The notes: generated by a model not told the origin, from the letters alone. A stretch of DNA of 64,000 bases from Perkinsela sp. CCAP 1560/9 (GCA_965644495.1 CBFFSA010000002.1:930001-994000); one strand, 5' to 3'. Positions 34,926 through 48,360 are shown, counted from the stretch's first letter. Program-made: numbers and translations.

Positions 34926-37900
34926 ATGGCGTCCGGTGCGGATGAAGTCAGAAAAGTTCAGCTGGCTTTGGATCGCTCCACGCTTGGTCGGGGTGTTCTT
35001 TTTCTTCCGCCTTATCCGGAGGCTAAAGAGCACCCGAAACTCCGCCGCAGAGCGGTATTCACTTCGCTGCGTTGGATGCAAAAGGGGTGCAAGATTGCAG
35101 TTGTGTGGCGGTATTGTGATGGCGGTGGATATCGACTCTGGGAGGGTAAAGTTTTGGAGCGATGTGCTCATACTTCGCAGTGCATGGTGAAGTATGATCA
35201 GAGAGCAAACATTGCGTTGCCCTTTCCCCCCATTTCGCCGAATATTATTATATCTGCCGTAGGAGTGAGATCTTCACCTCTCCGGCGCAAGCGACGATGC
35301 CGCCGCTGCAAAAAATCGACATCGCCTGGCAAGCTTGTCGATCGTGACGTGGAGGACCACACTGGTCTCGCTAAGAAGGGTAAATTGTCTATTTCGAGCC
35401 TAAACGTTACTTCACTGAAGCTTGAGGGGGGAGACCTTTTTTCGATTAAATCCTGCTGCCGGCTTGCCGAAATTATCGCTTTTATGGACAAGCACCAAAT
35501 TCATATTCTTGGATCGCAGGAGACTAGGCTTCGGTTTAAAACTGAGGTTACAGGGAACATTCTGCATCAGCAGTTAGAAGATGCCGGCACCGTCTACCAT
35601 CTTTATTTTCTTTCCGCTAGATATACAACTTCTTATAATGGAATGGCTTTCATTTCTGTTTTCCCATTATACGGAGTCCGAGCCATCTCTGACAGAATAA
35701 TGGCAGCTCAATTTTCCTGTGAGAAAGGCCTCGCTACGCTAATAAATGTGTACGGACCGATTCGAGACGCTTCTCAGGAGGCGAAATCTCTCTTCGACGC
35801 ATCTTTGATAAAGACATTCCGCGAAGTTGAATCCACTAACCGAATAGACCAACAGTTTTAATAGGTGATTTGAATTCCCCGTTGACGATCAGTAATAGCA
35901 AGGAAGATATTGCGGCAGTGTCTAGGTTAAAAGCCCTACTTGTTGACATCGGCCTTAAATCGGCACATTCCACATGCCCCAGCTCTAGAATCTGGACATG
36001 TCAGCTCCCAAACGATAGCAAAAGACAGCTTGATCACATCGCAATCTCCAACCGCTTTGCGTCAGCCATTCAGCGACATAAAGTTCTTAAAGCCCCTTTC
36101 CCAACGCAGCACTGTCTTGTTTTAGTTCACCTTGCGATCAAATGGAAAGCCCCCGCAGAGAAAGGCAGCACTGCGATATGCTGGCAAAAACTGCGATCTG
36201 ACGAATCTAAGAAAGCTTTTAATGAATACACTGCAAATGCTGTTGATGCGGTGGCCGCTGAAGGGGGTGAACCGGGTGAAATATGGGAGGTGCTTACGGG
36301 AACAATGCGCAAGGCGGCGGAGAAGTTTCTCTCAGACACAGGAAAGATAGAATCAGACTTTTTGCAACAGACAGAGGTTCAGGAAAATACCAACACACTA
36401 CGAAAGGTGTTCGAAGCCAGTCGCTCCAAAAAATGTTTTCAAAAACTTGTTCATAATCACCAAACTCACATTGAAAACGTCATTGAAAATGAATGTAATA
36501 TCTAGAATCCAAACTATGGAAAAATCACTCAAGCCCATGGCGTTACTTAAGGGAAATCTGTGGTATCAGGAGAAAGACGTTTGATTTCGGAGAAGGTGAA
36601 TCCAGAAGAAAAAGGCTTGAAACTGTGAGAGCATTTTTCGCCAAAATGGCCAATCGAGGTTCTAGCAGCACGGAAATGATATTTCATGAAGCCGATAATT
36701 ACATAGGTGAAATAGATGATAAAATTTTCGGGGAACGTGAAATGCTTACAGCGGCGCATCAGCTCGGCAAAGGGCGAGCCCCAGGTCTAGACGATATCCC
36801 GGCGGAAGCCTATTGCTGCATTTTCGATAACAATAAACTCCGAAAAATGGTTCTTGACATGATAAATCAAGCCTATGAAAGCGGAAAAACTCACAATGTA
36901 TGAAAACAGGTCGTGCAAGTACCGGTCCCTAAAAAAGGGGATACTGCAGAGCTGGCAAACTGGAGACCCATTTGTTTGGTTAACACAATAGTAAAACTCA
37001 TTAATGCGATGATACTAAACAGAGTAAGACCTGTAGTGGAGCGCGTTCTTCGAGAAAACCAGTTCGGTTTCCGACCGGAACGCTCCACCAATGGAGCCCA
37101 GGTGTTGCTAAATGAGTTGCTCTCGAAATCAGGAAGAGGTGACAAGTTTTACCTTGCCTTTGTGGACTTCGCCAGCGCATTTCCATCCGTATCCCATGCT
37201 GCTATCGAAGCCGCCTTAAAAGCCTTCCACGTTGGACCTATGCTCAGACGACTTACAATGTCATTGCATTCTGATTTGGAGGGCTTGGTGCGGACGCCTT
37301 TCGGCAAAACTGCATCATTCCCCATTACATCAGGCATACTTCAAGGCGATGTGTTTGCTCCCTACCTTTTTATCATGGTTCTGGACAGAATTTTGAACGC
37401 GGCAATCGATCGAAATGAATTTGGACTCAAGCTACAAACAAAAGGCACGAGAAAAAGAGGCTATCAATCCACTCGTATTTCCGACATAGATTATGCAGAC
37501 GATTTAGTATTTGTTGCGGAATCGAAACCCGAGTTAACTTCTATGATTGATAGTTTAATTTCTGAAGCAAGCAAAGCCAACTTACATTTAGCGGTGGGCC
37601 AGAAGAAAACAGCATGGATGAATCCAAACGGTAAGACTTGCGACGATTTGGGTTCCTGTAACGCCTCTTGTGGCTTAATACCGCGCACCTCTTCCTATCG
37701 ACACCTCGGAAACATACAGCACGAAAGCGACCCACAGGTAACACTGAAGGAAAGATTGCATCTTACCTGGGCATGCTTCTCCAAATTGCGTGGCATATGG
37801 ATTTCTCCCTTGGGAACGAAAACCAAGCTTCGCCTCTTTGATACCTTAGTTTACCCTATTGTAAATTATGGTTCTTCGTCGCTTTATCTCTCTAAATCCC

Positions 37901-39066
37901 AAATTCGGCGTGCAGATGTCCAGATAAATCACATGCGACGCATTGTATGCGAAGCGACGGGCGTAGATGAACACCAGAAATGTTATCCACTTGAATCCTT
38001 GTACAAAGACACCACGTTTCGAAACCATACATCGCGTAAGTCGTGCCCGCCTGGTTGGACATCAAATTCGCCACTCTTCTATTTACGTGGAGCTCATCAA
38101 ATGGAACTTTCGTTCAAAAGCTAGGCGCCCGTCTCCTGCCGAAGCGTGCGCTCAAGACCTTGGTATAGAGATGGAAGAAATGTTTGCTTACGATTTTGAC
38201 AGGGAGCATTGGCGGAAATTACTTGAAAATTTGCAAGAGTCCTTAGAACCTAGTGTATCCCTGGTGGGGGTCAAGAACCCAAAATGGAAAACGACACAAG
38301 CTAGACTACGTAAAGACCCAGATTCCAGTAAGCTTCAATTTGTGGAAGAAGGTGAAAAACTCTTTCCAATTAGGCCTGAGGAGTTGCATGTATATGTCGA
38401 TGCATCGATTCCGGATCGGAGTATTGCTTCGAGGGGTCCAGCCGTCGGATGCGTTACTTTACAAGGAAGTCACAATGAATCATATACATGTATGCTATCG
38501 GCCGCAGAGACAAACTCACCGGAGCGAGCTGAAGTGCATGCTATTCTTGTTGGCCTCAGTCATATAAATACCTCTAAACATGTCAGCATACACACGGACT
38601 CCTACTACGTCTGGGATTTTGTGCACATTCGTCAAAAAGGGAGAGACTTGTTGGGTACGATGGGTCAAACTCAGATCTGCTGCAATTTCTTGACTCTTGC
38701 TTACGATCATTGAAAAACAATGGAATTACAATCAATATTATTAAGGTTCGAGCACACTGCGGTAATAAGTGGAATTCTGAAGCGGACTCTTTATCAAGAA
38801 AACATACTGAAAATGAGCCACGTGTCAAGAGAATTAAACCGAATACTCAGGGGAAAATAGTGCTATTTTCTGAATATTCATGGATCAGGGCCCTAAAGAT
38901 TATGATGGAACAACCGAATTGCACCATTCCAGAAAGAACTTGCTTATCCCGGAAACGGAAAACAAAGCTGATCGACGAGGCACATTCTATTGCGGTAGAA
39001 TCCCTAAATCAGAAAAAATCGAGATCGACGAATTCGCAGGAAAAGAAGAATTTTTTCAAGACGTAG
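34926..39066 (+). pseudogene. Disrupted APE-RT-RNase H ORF of element 2
   Basis: Six ORF pieces colinear with ORF 29935-34095; frameshifts and a stop. Confidence 0.92.
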
Positions 39067-39224
39067 AGCGACAAAACCGTAAGTCGCAGAAGAATAATTG
39101 TGAAAGGGTCCTTGAGTTTAAGTGAAAGTATAGTGACTTTTTGGGGAGAATTGAGAGTTTACCAATTGGTAGACAATAATGTATTATCTGCCAATGTTTA
39201 TGTATGTATGTATGATGAATAATT

Positions 39225-40180
39225 GCGGTGGTTGTAAAACTACCGCTCTACACTCGATTATTGAAAAAAAAGTGAACAAAAACAGTGAAAATATAAAGAG
39301 GAACACAGTAATATAATAAAAGAAAAAAATATAAAAGGGGGCTCCGGTGGTCCAAAACTGAAAATTTTTTTTGAAAAAAATGGGGGGTCCATGGGGGGGT
39401 CCATGGGGGGGGTCCAGGGGGGGGGGTCCAGGGGGGGGGTCCAGGGGGGGGTCCAGGGGGGGGGTCCAGGGGGGGGGGGGCATGGTCGATCAAATTTTTT
39501 CGAAAAAATTAGTTTTCGAAAAAAAACCGCAGAAAGGGTAGCCGGGGTCTTGGCGCGCATTTTCCACCCCCCTACCCGGGGGTGACCCCCCCGCGTATCC
39601 GCAGGACGGGTCCGCCAAGTTCGGATTTTTTCGGAAAAATTTTTTCGAAAAAAAATTCAAATTGGCGAAAAAAATGACAAAAAAAATATTTTTCCAAAAT
39701 CGTTTCCCCTATTGTATTTTGATAGTTTGGGACCTACACTAGCTTTCTACGCAGTTGTTTTCGCAAGGTATCACTTCTTCGAACTATGGTGCGCCCCTCA
39801 AAATGACCCACTTTTGACTAAAAAAGGTGAAAAAGTATTTTTCGGACCTAAAGGGGCATTTTTGTGTCGAAAGAATGGTATGGTTGGAGTCGTATTCTCT
39901 ACCTAATACGTTCGGTAGGCTTTCATTCATGCCTGCGAGTGATTTCCCACGCGCAAATGTCGGATTTAGTGCTCTGAGAGCAAAAATACACGAAAATCAC
40001 CCCATTTTTACCCGAAATTCGGCTATTTTTGGCTGTAATCTTTCCGCTTTCCAGGCTAAATTTTCTTTTTTAGGCTCTTCGTTAAACGCGGCGGTAGTTT
40101 TCAACGCGAAGCGCGCAGCATGAGTGACTTCTAAGTTGAAAGCAACCACCGCGTTTAACGAAGAGCCTAAAAAAGAAATT
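39225..40180 (+). mobile_element. Family-1 hairpin-ended element, full length, ends defined by an empty site
   Basis: Filled site GAATAATT-[GCGG...AAAGAA]-ATT-GTAAAC versus empty site GAATAATT-GTAAAC at 50841-50854. Confidence 0.92.
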
Positions 40181-40817
40181 GTAAACTGTAAATTGTTGCA
40201 GTTTTATTTTAAACATATTTAGAGGTGAAAAGCAGCTGTTGAATATCAAAATTATTCTTTTTACAAAGCACAAAAAGCACAAAAAATATACAGTGCGCCC
40301 AGATAGTAAAGGTTTTAGTAGTTACCACCGATTTTGGGTAACTACTAAAAAGAAACCTGACTATTTGGGAAAACCGTTTTTTGGGACTTTACTAACTGGG
40401 CAATCAATTGTATTTGAAGCACAGAGAAAAAAAGAAAACGCATAATCAAAAAGCAACTGGGCTGGAGTCTTGAACAACGCTTTCCAATGCAAGCTGTATG
40501 CGATTTTTTTTAGATGAAATGAAATCAATTTCTTTTAGACAAAAATTCTTGAAAAAGAGAAAAACTCTAAAAAAAGGTAACTACTAAAAAACACTTTACT
40601 ATTTGGGAAAACCCTTTTTTGGGGCGCAATGTAAACTTCATTTCAAGAAAAATTCACTACTCAAAACAATATATATCCTGAGGGTTGGGGGTGCCTGGGC
40701 CATGGGTGGAAAAAATAAATATTAGTTATAAACTGCCTGAAAATGCCAAAAATTGACGAAAAACAATTATTCCCTTAATTAGTGTTCCCTTAATTGATGT
40801 TCCCTTATTTAATAACA

Positions 40818-41664
40818 TAGGAGCGCGCGGGTCGCCAAAAAATATAATTCTGTCGCAGGGCTACGCTCACAGTTGGGCCTTGCTCGCAAACGGGGGCTTT
40901 TGCCTCTAGACGTGGGCTTCGCTCGCAGTCGAGCCTTGCCTCCAGACAGGTAAACTAGGTGATGCAATATAAGACAAAGATACACAATCCTGCGGAAGTA
41001 GCAGGCATAGGTTCTCAGTGCGCGACCCGCGCGCTGGAGCGCGCGGGTCGCCAAAAAATATAATTCTGTCCCAGGGCTACGCTCACAGTTGGGCCTTGCT
41101 CGCAAACGGGGGCTTTTGCCTCTAGACGTGGGCTTCGCTCGCAGTCGAGCCTTGCCTCCAGACAGGTAAACTAGGTGATGCAATATAAGACAAAGATACA
41201 CAATCCTGCGGAAGTAGCAGGCATAGGTTCTCAGTGCGCGACCCGCGCGCTGGAGCGCGCGGGTCGCCAAAAAATATAATTCTGTCCCAGGGATACGCTC
41301 ACAGTTGGGCCTTGCTCGCAAACGGGGGCTTTTGCCTCTAGACGGGGGCTTCGCACAGTTGAGCCTTGCCTCACTGTCTGGAGGCAAGGCTCAACTGTGC
41401 GAAGCCCCCGTCTAGAGGCAAAAGCCCCCGTTTGCGAGCAAGGCCCAACTATGCGGGTCGCCGAAAAATATACTTCTGTCGCAGGGCTACGCTCACAGTT
41501 GGGCCTTGCTCGCAAACGGGGGCTTTTGCCTCTAGACGTGGGCTTCGCTCGCAGTCGAGCCTTGCCTCCAGACAGGTAAACTAGGTGATGCAATATAGGA
41601 CAAAGATGCACACTCCTGCGGAAGTAGCAGGCATAGGTTCTCAGTGCGCGACCCGCGCGCCTTA
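40818..41664. repeat. Tandem 216-bp MITE-like units with GCGCGCGGGTCGC/GCGACCCGCGCGC inverted ends; internal inversion
   Basis: Units start at 40821, 41037 and 41253; inverted segment ~41376-41450; last unit ends at 41664. Confidence 0.85.
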
Positions 41665-41865
41665 TTTCACTTTTCTCCAGGTACGCGGTTCTTTCTATGA
41701 CCAGCCAGAGAAACCTGGGTCTCGCGGTGTCACACGACGAACGTTTCGATGCATAAGCGCTGCCAATGGAAGATAATTCCTTTGCCCAGGAAGAGAAATC
41801 TCATAACGCTGGAGACTGGGACCAATTCGCCGGGAACGCTCACTTGATTTCTGGCAGAAGCACGT

Positions 41866-42293
41866 ATAATTTTCTTTTTTAGGCTCTTCGTTAAACGCGG
41901 TGGTTGTTTTCAATTTAGAAGTCACTCATGCTGCGCGCTTCGCGTTGAAAACTACCGCCGCGTTTAACGAAGAGCCTAAAAGAGAAAATTTAGCCTGGAA
42001 AACGGAAAGATTATAGCCAAAAATAGCCGAATTTCGGGGTAAAAATGGGGTGATTTTCGCGTATTTTTGCTGTCAGAGCACTAAATCCGACATTTACGCG
42101 TGGGAAATCACTCGTAGGCATGAATGGAAGCCTACTGAATTTTTCAATTTTTTTTTTCAGTTTTGGACCACCGGAGCCCCCTTTTATATTTTTTTCTTCT
42201 ATTATATTACTGTGTTCCTCTTTATATTTTCACTGTTTTTGTTCACTTTGTTTTCAATAATCGAGTGTAGAGCGGTAGTTTTACAACCACCGC
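41866..42293 (-). mobile_element. Family-1 element with internal deletions
   Basis: Palindrome at 41867-41990 and 5' hairpin at 42272-42293, inverted. Confidence 0.85.
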
Positions 42294-42296
42294 AAT

Positions 42297-45200
42297 GAAC
42301 TCCTTTACACCATCCCTATTCCCGAGAATGTGCCCGAATACTGGACAAGACGAGCTGTCAGGATAGACGGAGAGAAACCCACGCCAGACACGGGGAAGAT
42401 AACAGACAATGAGGAGACGAATCACTCCCTCGTCATACGAACAAACATGACACAGCCTCAAGCGAACCTTGACACCAACGCTTCACCTGCAACCAAGACT
42501 CCGAAACGCAAAACACCGAATTCCACTCCACAATACGCCATACAACGTGAATGCCCAGCGGCAGGTTGCACCTGGAAGACTCCCCCACACGGAGAGCAAT
42601 GGCAAGCGCTCTACAATTATGTAGCTCACCGACATGGTAAAAATATTTCAACTGATTGGTGGGAAAAGGAAGGTAGATTCCTTTGCAAGGATTGCATCCG
42701 ACATTACGACAAAATCAAACAGAACTCTCACCTTAAGCACTGTAAAGGACGAAACCAACCCGTTCGATCACTAACCCCGCCCATGCCGACGTCTTTTTCG
42801 GAGAAAATAAATGAAGAGCATCCAGTTGATCCACTTCCACCTCTTAGCTCAGTTTGTTCACTTCCTTTAAGCACCTGTAAGGACGTCCCCCATTGCTGCA
42901 GATTCCTGCGAAAAGTGAAATCATAACGCCACCTTCCTCGGCTCATCTCACAAAGCTTTTTCCCGAGATCCCAAAGGCGAAAATCCGGCATGACGGGACC
43001 TTCGGTATCCTTGGGAGCCCGATCGGGTCGGACGAGCACTGCGCGGAGTTCCTGATGCAGCACGTGAGACCCTAGCCGCCATAGGTTTAATAGGAGACCC
43101 CCAAGTGGCCAGTGCTCTAATCCGTCAATGCACGGAGTTATGTCAGATGGTATACGCCCTCCGAACTGCACCCCCACAGGCCCTTACCCATCTTTGCTTT
43201 TTACTAGACGACTCTGTCATGACGGCTGTAGAGTGGGCACTTTTTCCCCTGAACCTCCACGCACGTGATCAAATACTACGCAGGAAGCGCCACGGAGGCT
43301 TCGGTCTCAGATCGTCTACACTGCACGCAACGGTAGCATACGTTTCATCTGTCGCTCACGCCGCCGACATGGACGACTGGGACCCCTTGGAAGCTCAAGG
43401 ATTTACTACCTCCGTGCAAGACGTAAACGATAAAGCAGGCGCAGCGCTTTTGGACCCATGCACAGGACGCACTCCCAAACAAAACAATCCTCGCACAGAT
43501 TCTGATCTACGTCATATCTTGTCCTCGCAAGGCAAACGCCCTCGGCGAACACAGAATCCAGGCTAAAGTGGACGAGGGAGATACTAAAGGCACCTTTGGA
43601 AAACCACCACAAAAATGCAACAGTATCTCCCGTTAAAGATTCTTTTGTCCCATCCGAATCCTTTACAAATCGGGAGATACCGTTCCAGTTTCGAGGTAGT
43701 TTTCCAAAGGTGCCTTTAGTATCTCCCTCGTCCACTTTAGCCTGGATTACATAGCCATCCGAACATGCTCCCTATGGCGCTTTACAGATTCACATGCGAG
43801 GAAGTCGTCGTCGCCGCGGCAAAAAGGCAGAAGGCTCCGCCTTCTGCCTTTTTCCCTTGCGCCTCCTCCTTCCTCTAAGGCCTTGCGTGTCACACACTTC
43901 CAGGTAAATTTTGGACTATGTAGGTTGTATCGGAACAGGGTGGAGAAATATCGAATGAAGCCAAAGCGTATACACGTATATCAGGCCCGAAACTCTAAAA
44001 AAACGGTCTAGGAGTTGATTTGGGAAAAAATTATTTTTTCGCTTTCGCCCATAAATTTTTTTTTGTTTTTTTGAAAATTTCAAAAATTGCTATGATCACC
44101 TTGATGGGTGGGGGCAGGGGTACCCATCGGAATTGTTGAAAAACTAGTGATCTCGTCACTCAATTCGATTCATACGTCTGCATTTTTTCCTTGCGCCTCC
44201 TCCTTCCTCATCGGCCTTGCGTGTCACACACTTCCGGGTAAATTTTGTACTATGTAGGTGTATTATCGGCACAGGGTGGAGAAATATCGAATGAAATCAA
44301 AGGGTATACAGGTATAGAAGGCTCCAAACTCTCAAAAAACGGTCTAGGAGTTGATTTGGGAAAAATATTTGTTTTCACTTTCACCCACAAATTTTTAGTT
44401 TTTTTTTGCATAATTTCAAAAATTCCTATGATCACCAGGGTGGGGAGGGGGGGGGCAGGGGGTACCCATCGGAATTGTTGAAAAACTAGTAATCTTGTCA
44501 CTAAATTCGATTCATACGTCTTTGTATACATTTTTTTCGAAAACTGACCTAAAACGATATCGGGCACGAAATCGGGCCACAAATCGGGCACGAAATCGGG
44601 CACGACGAATAACCTACGGTAGCGAGGGAGTAGTATCTCCCTCAATAAAAAGGGATCAGAGAAGACGGCCGAACCGGAGATGATTATCCCTAGACAGCAA
44701 AAGCACAGCCAAGTCATTTCCCAGCAAGAATTTAACACTGCATACGAGAAGGCTGACCCCCGCACACGTGCAAGATGGATATCAGAGTCCGGAAAAGGTG
44801 CCGGGAGCTGGGGTTTCGTGACTCCTTCGCGGACCAAGGGATACGCTTTCACTCCCACAGAGTTCCGTACCTTATCCCGCTGGTGGTTGGGCATGGATGT
44901 CTATCCAGAGGATCGACCAAAGGATGTGACTTACCACTCCTAAAAAATGGGGAACACGCTCTGATGTGTAAGAAAGGACACGGCCTCATCACCCGCCACA
45001 ATGCGGTCTGCCAACAGTTCACCTCCTTCTGCAGCAAGGCCAATATGGCTCCTCAAAGGGAAAAAAGTCACGGAAATCGGGGACCTGGAGGAGGTCTCAC
45101 CGGACCAGGCGATGTTTTTCTTCCCAACTATGAACTGGGAGGTGGCATGGTTCTAGACTTCGAAGTCACCCACGCACAGCAATTGAAGTATTTGGGCTCA

Positions 45201-45972
45201 GTCCGTAATGCTAGCTGGGTGGCTGCGGGGTCTTTTGCTGAACACTTCTCTGAAACGAAAGGGAAACAGCGCCAGGAAGCGGAAGCAGCTCAGTTACTGT
45301 TCACAGCGATGGTTGTTGAGTCCTTCGGCTCATGGAGCAGAAGTGCCTTGACGGTCCTGTGGAAGGTGGGGGCGTTGCGTGCCAACGCGTCGAACGGTCT
45401 TTTGACAGACACTCAGGCACGAAACATCCTTTTGCAAGAGCTTAATGTCACGTTGATGCGTTCCCGGGCTCGGATGATGGTCTCCAGGATAGTTGTCAGT
45501 GACCCTAACGACCCACTTGAAGGCGCTTAGGGGCATGGAGAAGGCGCCATGCGCAGGGCCACATACCGCTGGCCCGGGTGCTGGTCGAGTCGACAGAGTC
45601 TATCTCCTCCCCGTCGGCCAGCATCCTGTTTCGCGACCGTGTCGCTGTCGACACAGGCCCGCGCCCTCCCGTATAACAAGGGAAGGGTCCACAAGCCAGA
45701 CCGTGGAGAGGTCGAAAGACCCGGCCCGGAACGCGCGAATGGATTGGGTCTGGATTGCTTGTTTTTATTGTTATTGTTATTATTGTTCTCATACTTACGG
45801 GAGATCGAATTGCTAGTTTTGGGCTCCAAAATATGAAATTGCTAATTTGATTGCTCGTTTTAAAATCGTATACCCCACCCGATGGACCTATAGGGTTCAA
45901 GTATTGGGTAAAAATATAGAGGCAATGCCGCGTTTCTCCCCCCTTATTCATCGCAAAAAAAAAAAAAAAAAA
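42297..45972 (+). mobile_element. CRE/SLACS-like retrotransposon relic (N-terminal zinc fingers, RT largely deleted, RLE, poly-A)
   Basis: CPAAGC..H, CKDC..H..C, ILGSPIG, HGGFGL, RHNAV, PGDV; A-tract 45955-45972. Confidence 0.85.
43558..44643 (-). mobile_element. Family-2 hairpin-ended element (duplicate of 5144-6228)
   Basis: Same structure and same AAT flanks. Confidence 0.85.
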
Positions 45973-47042
45973 TTGAACCTGGCGAAAAAAATGACAAAAC
46001 AATTATTTTTCCAAAATTGTTTCCCCTATTGTATTTTGATAGTTTGGGACCTACACTAGCTTTCTCCGCAGTCGTTTTCGCAAGGTATCACTTCTTCGAA
46101 CCGTGGTGCGCCCCTCAAAATGACCCATTTTTGACTAAAAAAGGTGAAAAAATATTTTTCGGACCTAAAGGGGCATTTTTGTATCGAAAGAATGGTATGG
46201 TTGAAGTCGTATTCTCTATCCAATACGTTCGGTAGGCTTCCATTCATTCCTACGAGTGATTTCCCACACGCAAATGTCGGATTTAGTGCTCTGAGAGCAA
46301 AAATACACGAAAATCACCCCATTTTTACCCGAAATTCGGGTATATTTTGGGCTATAATCTTTCCGTTTTCCAGGCTAAATTTTCTTTTTTAGGCTCTTCA
46401 TTAAACGCGGCGGTAGTTTTCAACGCGAAGCGCGCAGCATGAGTGACTTCTAAGTTGAAAACAACCACCGCGTTTAACGAAGAGCCTAAAAAAGAAAATT
46501 ATTGTTTTTTCTTCTATTATTATTTTTCTTCTATTATTGTGTTTCTCTTTATATTTTCACTGTTTTGGTTCACTTTTTTTCAATATAATTTTCGTTTTTA
46601 GGCTCTTCGTTAAACGCGGTGGTTGTTTTCAACTTAGAAGTCGCTCATGCTGCTCGGTTCGCGTTGAAAACTACCACCGCGGTTAACGAAGAGCCTAAAA
46701 AAGAAAATTCGGCCTGGAAATCTGAAGAAAACACAAAGATGATAGCCAAAATTAGCCGATTTTTGGATAAAAATGGGGTGACTTTTGCGTGTTTTTGCTC
46801 TCAGAGCACTAGATCTGATATATGCGTGTGAGAAATGACTCGTAGGGATTTTTAGGTAATAATGGGGTGATTTTTGTATATTTTTGCTCTCAGAGCACTA
46901 AATCCGACATTTGCGTGTGGGAAATCACTCGTAGGCATGAATTCGAGCCTACCGAACGTATTGGGTAGAGAATGCGACTCCAACCACACCATTCTTTCGA
47001 CACAAAAAGGCCCCTTGGGGTCCGAAAAATACTTTTTCACCT
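45973..47042. mobile_element. Cluster of family-1 fragments in both orientations
   Basis: Palindromes at 46377-46500 and 46587-46710. Confidence 0.85.
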
Positions 47043-47359
47043 TGTGTATTTTTCAGCAAGACGGGGCCACGGCACACACCGCACGCGCCTCTAAGGAGTA
47101 TATTACGAATATAATGAAAGATCTATTGAAAAATTGGTTCCCCAATTCACCAGACCTTTCCCCCATAGAAAACGTCTGGTCTATGTTCCAAGAGGTAGTG
47201 GACGAGAAGACCCCATCAGATAAATCTTGATTCATCCGATGCATACGCAATGGGTGGTCTCGTTTGCCACAAAAAATGATTGATAAAACTGTTTTGAGTT
47301 TCGATGCTCGCCTCAAAGCGTGTATAAGATAGAAAGGCGAAAAAGTGAAAAAATGGTAA
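47043..47359 (+). pseudogene. Tc1/mariner-type transposase C-terminal fragment
   Basis: FQQDGATAHTA...WFPNSPDLSPIENVW (35 aa between D and E); stop at 47228. Confidence 0.85.
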
Positions 47360-47859
47360 ATGTTAAATATAAAGGTGAAAGTAAAGGAAAATTCGCTTTT
47401 TTATGACTTTTTAGCTTGACATTTTTCTTTTCAACAAAAGAACATTATCTACGTACATAATATTGTATATGACTATTGTATACTCATTTTCCGTTATTTT
47501 CTATGGTATGCCAGGGGTGTCGTGGGTTCGCTTGTCGATGACAGTTCACCCTCAGCCGTATATCACGCTGGTCGGAAGCACAGTGCGAGCACTGGCTTCG
47601 AAGGCCCGGGCTTGTCACGAGAAGCGTTTTCTGTGGAAAAAGGACACACTCATCGACAAAAGAAATGGAATTAGAGGATAGTGTGTGGCACTGTACTAAG
47701 AAATGAAACAGTAGATTTCTAGATAGGGTGTAAACTAGCGTGTAAAGCAAATGTTTTTCAAAAAAGTCGAATTTTCCTTTACTTTAACCAATATAAACTA
47801 ATTATAATAGAAAGAAATAGTAAAAATAGTAATATACTATGAAAAACATTTTCTGTCTT

Positions 47860-48360
47860 GACCCATTTTTGACGAAAAAAGGCGAAAAAGTATTTTTCGG
47901 ACAGTATTTTTCGGAAAGAATGGTGTGGTTGGTGTCGCATCCTCTGCCGATTACGTTCCGTAGCCTTACATTCATGCGTACGAGTGATTTCCCACACGCA
48001 AATGTCGGATTTAGTGCTCTGAGAGAAAAATACCCAAAAAGCACCCCATTATTACCTAAAAATCGGCTATTTGTGGCTCAAATCCTTCCGTTTTCTTCAG
48101 CATCCCTGGCCCATTTTTCTTTCTTAGGCTCTTCGTTAAACGCGGTGGAAGTTTTCAACGCGAAGCGCGCAGCATGAGTGACTTCTAGGTTGAAGACAAC
48201 CACCGCGTTTATCGAAGAGCCTAATTAAAAAATTAGCAGAAAAGGACCAAAAATTCTTTCGCGCCGCGAAGCGGCGCGGTCTGTGCTCTTGTGCTCGATT
48301 TTGGTCCTTTAGGAACTGTGTGCGCGTTGGGCTTGCTATTTTGATGAAAAAATCACCCAA
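47860..48360 (+). mobile_element. Family-1 3' part (variant subfamily)
   Basis: Internal homology, palindrome at 48112-48225 and GC hairpin at 48260-48278. Confidence 0.8.

Larger units (their letters stand above)
34550..39213 (+). mobile_element. Full-length RTE-like element 2, (TATG)n tail, 11-bp TSD GATGAATAATT
   Basis: TSD at 34539-34549 and 39214-39224; empty site at 50838-50848. Confidence 0.9.

Noticed and set aside
280-36903. Stop-codon reassignment (in-frame TGA at 280, 979, and at 36901 opposite a Trp)
   Set aside because: Host genes and element 1 read fully in the standard code and end in TAG, TGA and TAA; the stops lie in copies that also carry frameshifts.
40809-41611. ORFs in the 216-bp repeats
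   Set aside because: Open only because the unit length is a multiple of three; no protein motif.
47570-47630. Second twister on the minus strand (U-GAC-AA-GC-CCGG)
   Set aside because: P4 is mismatched and no GA-GUC pseudoknot partner was found.
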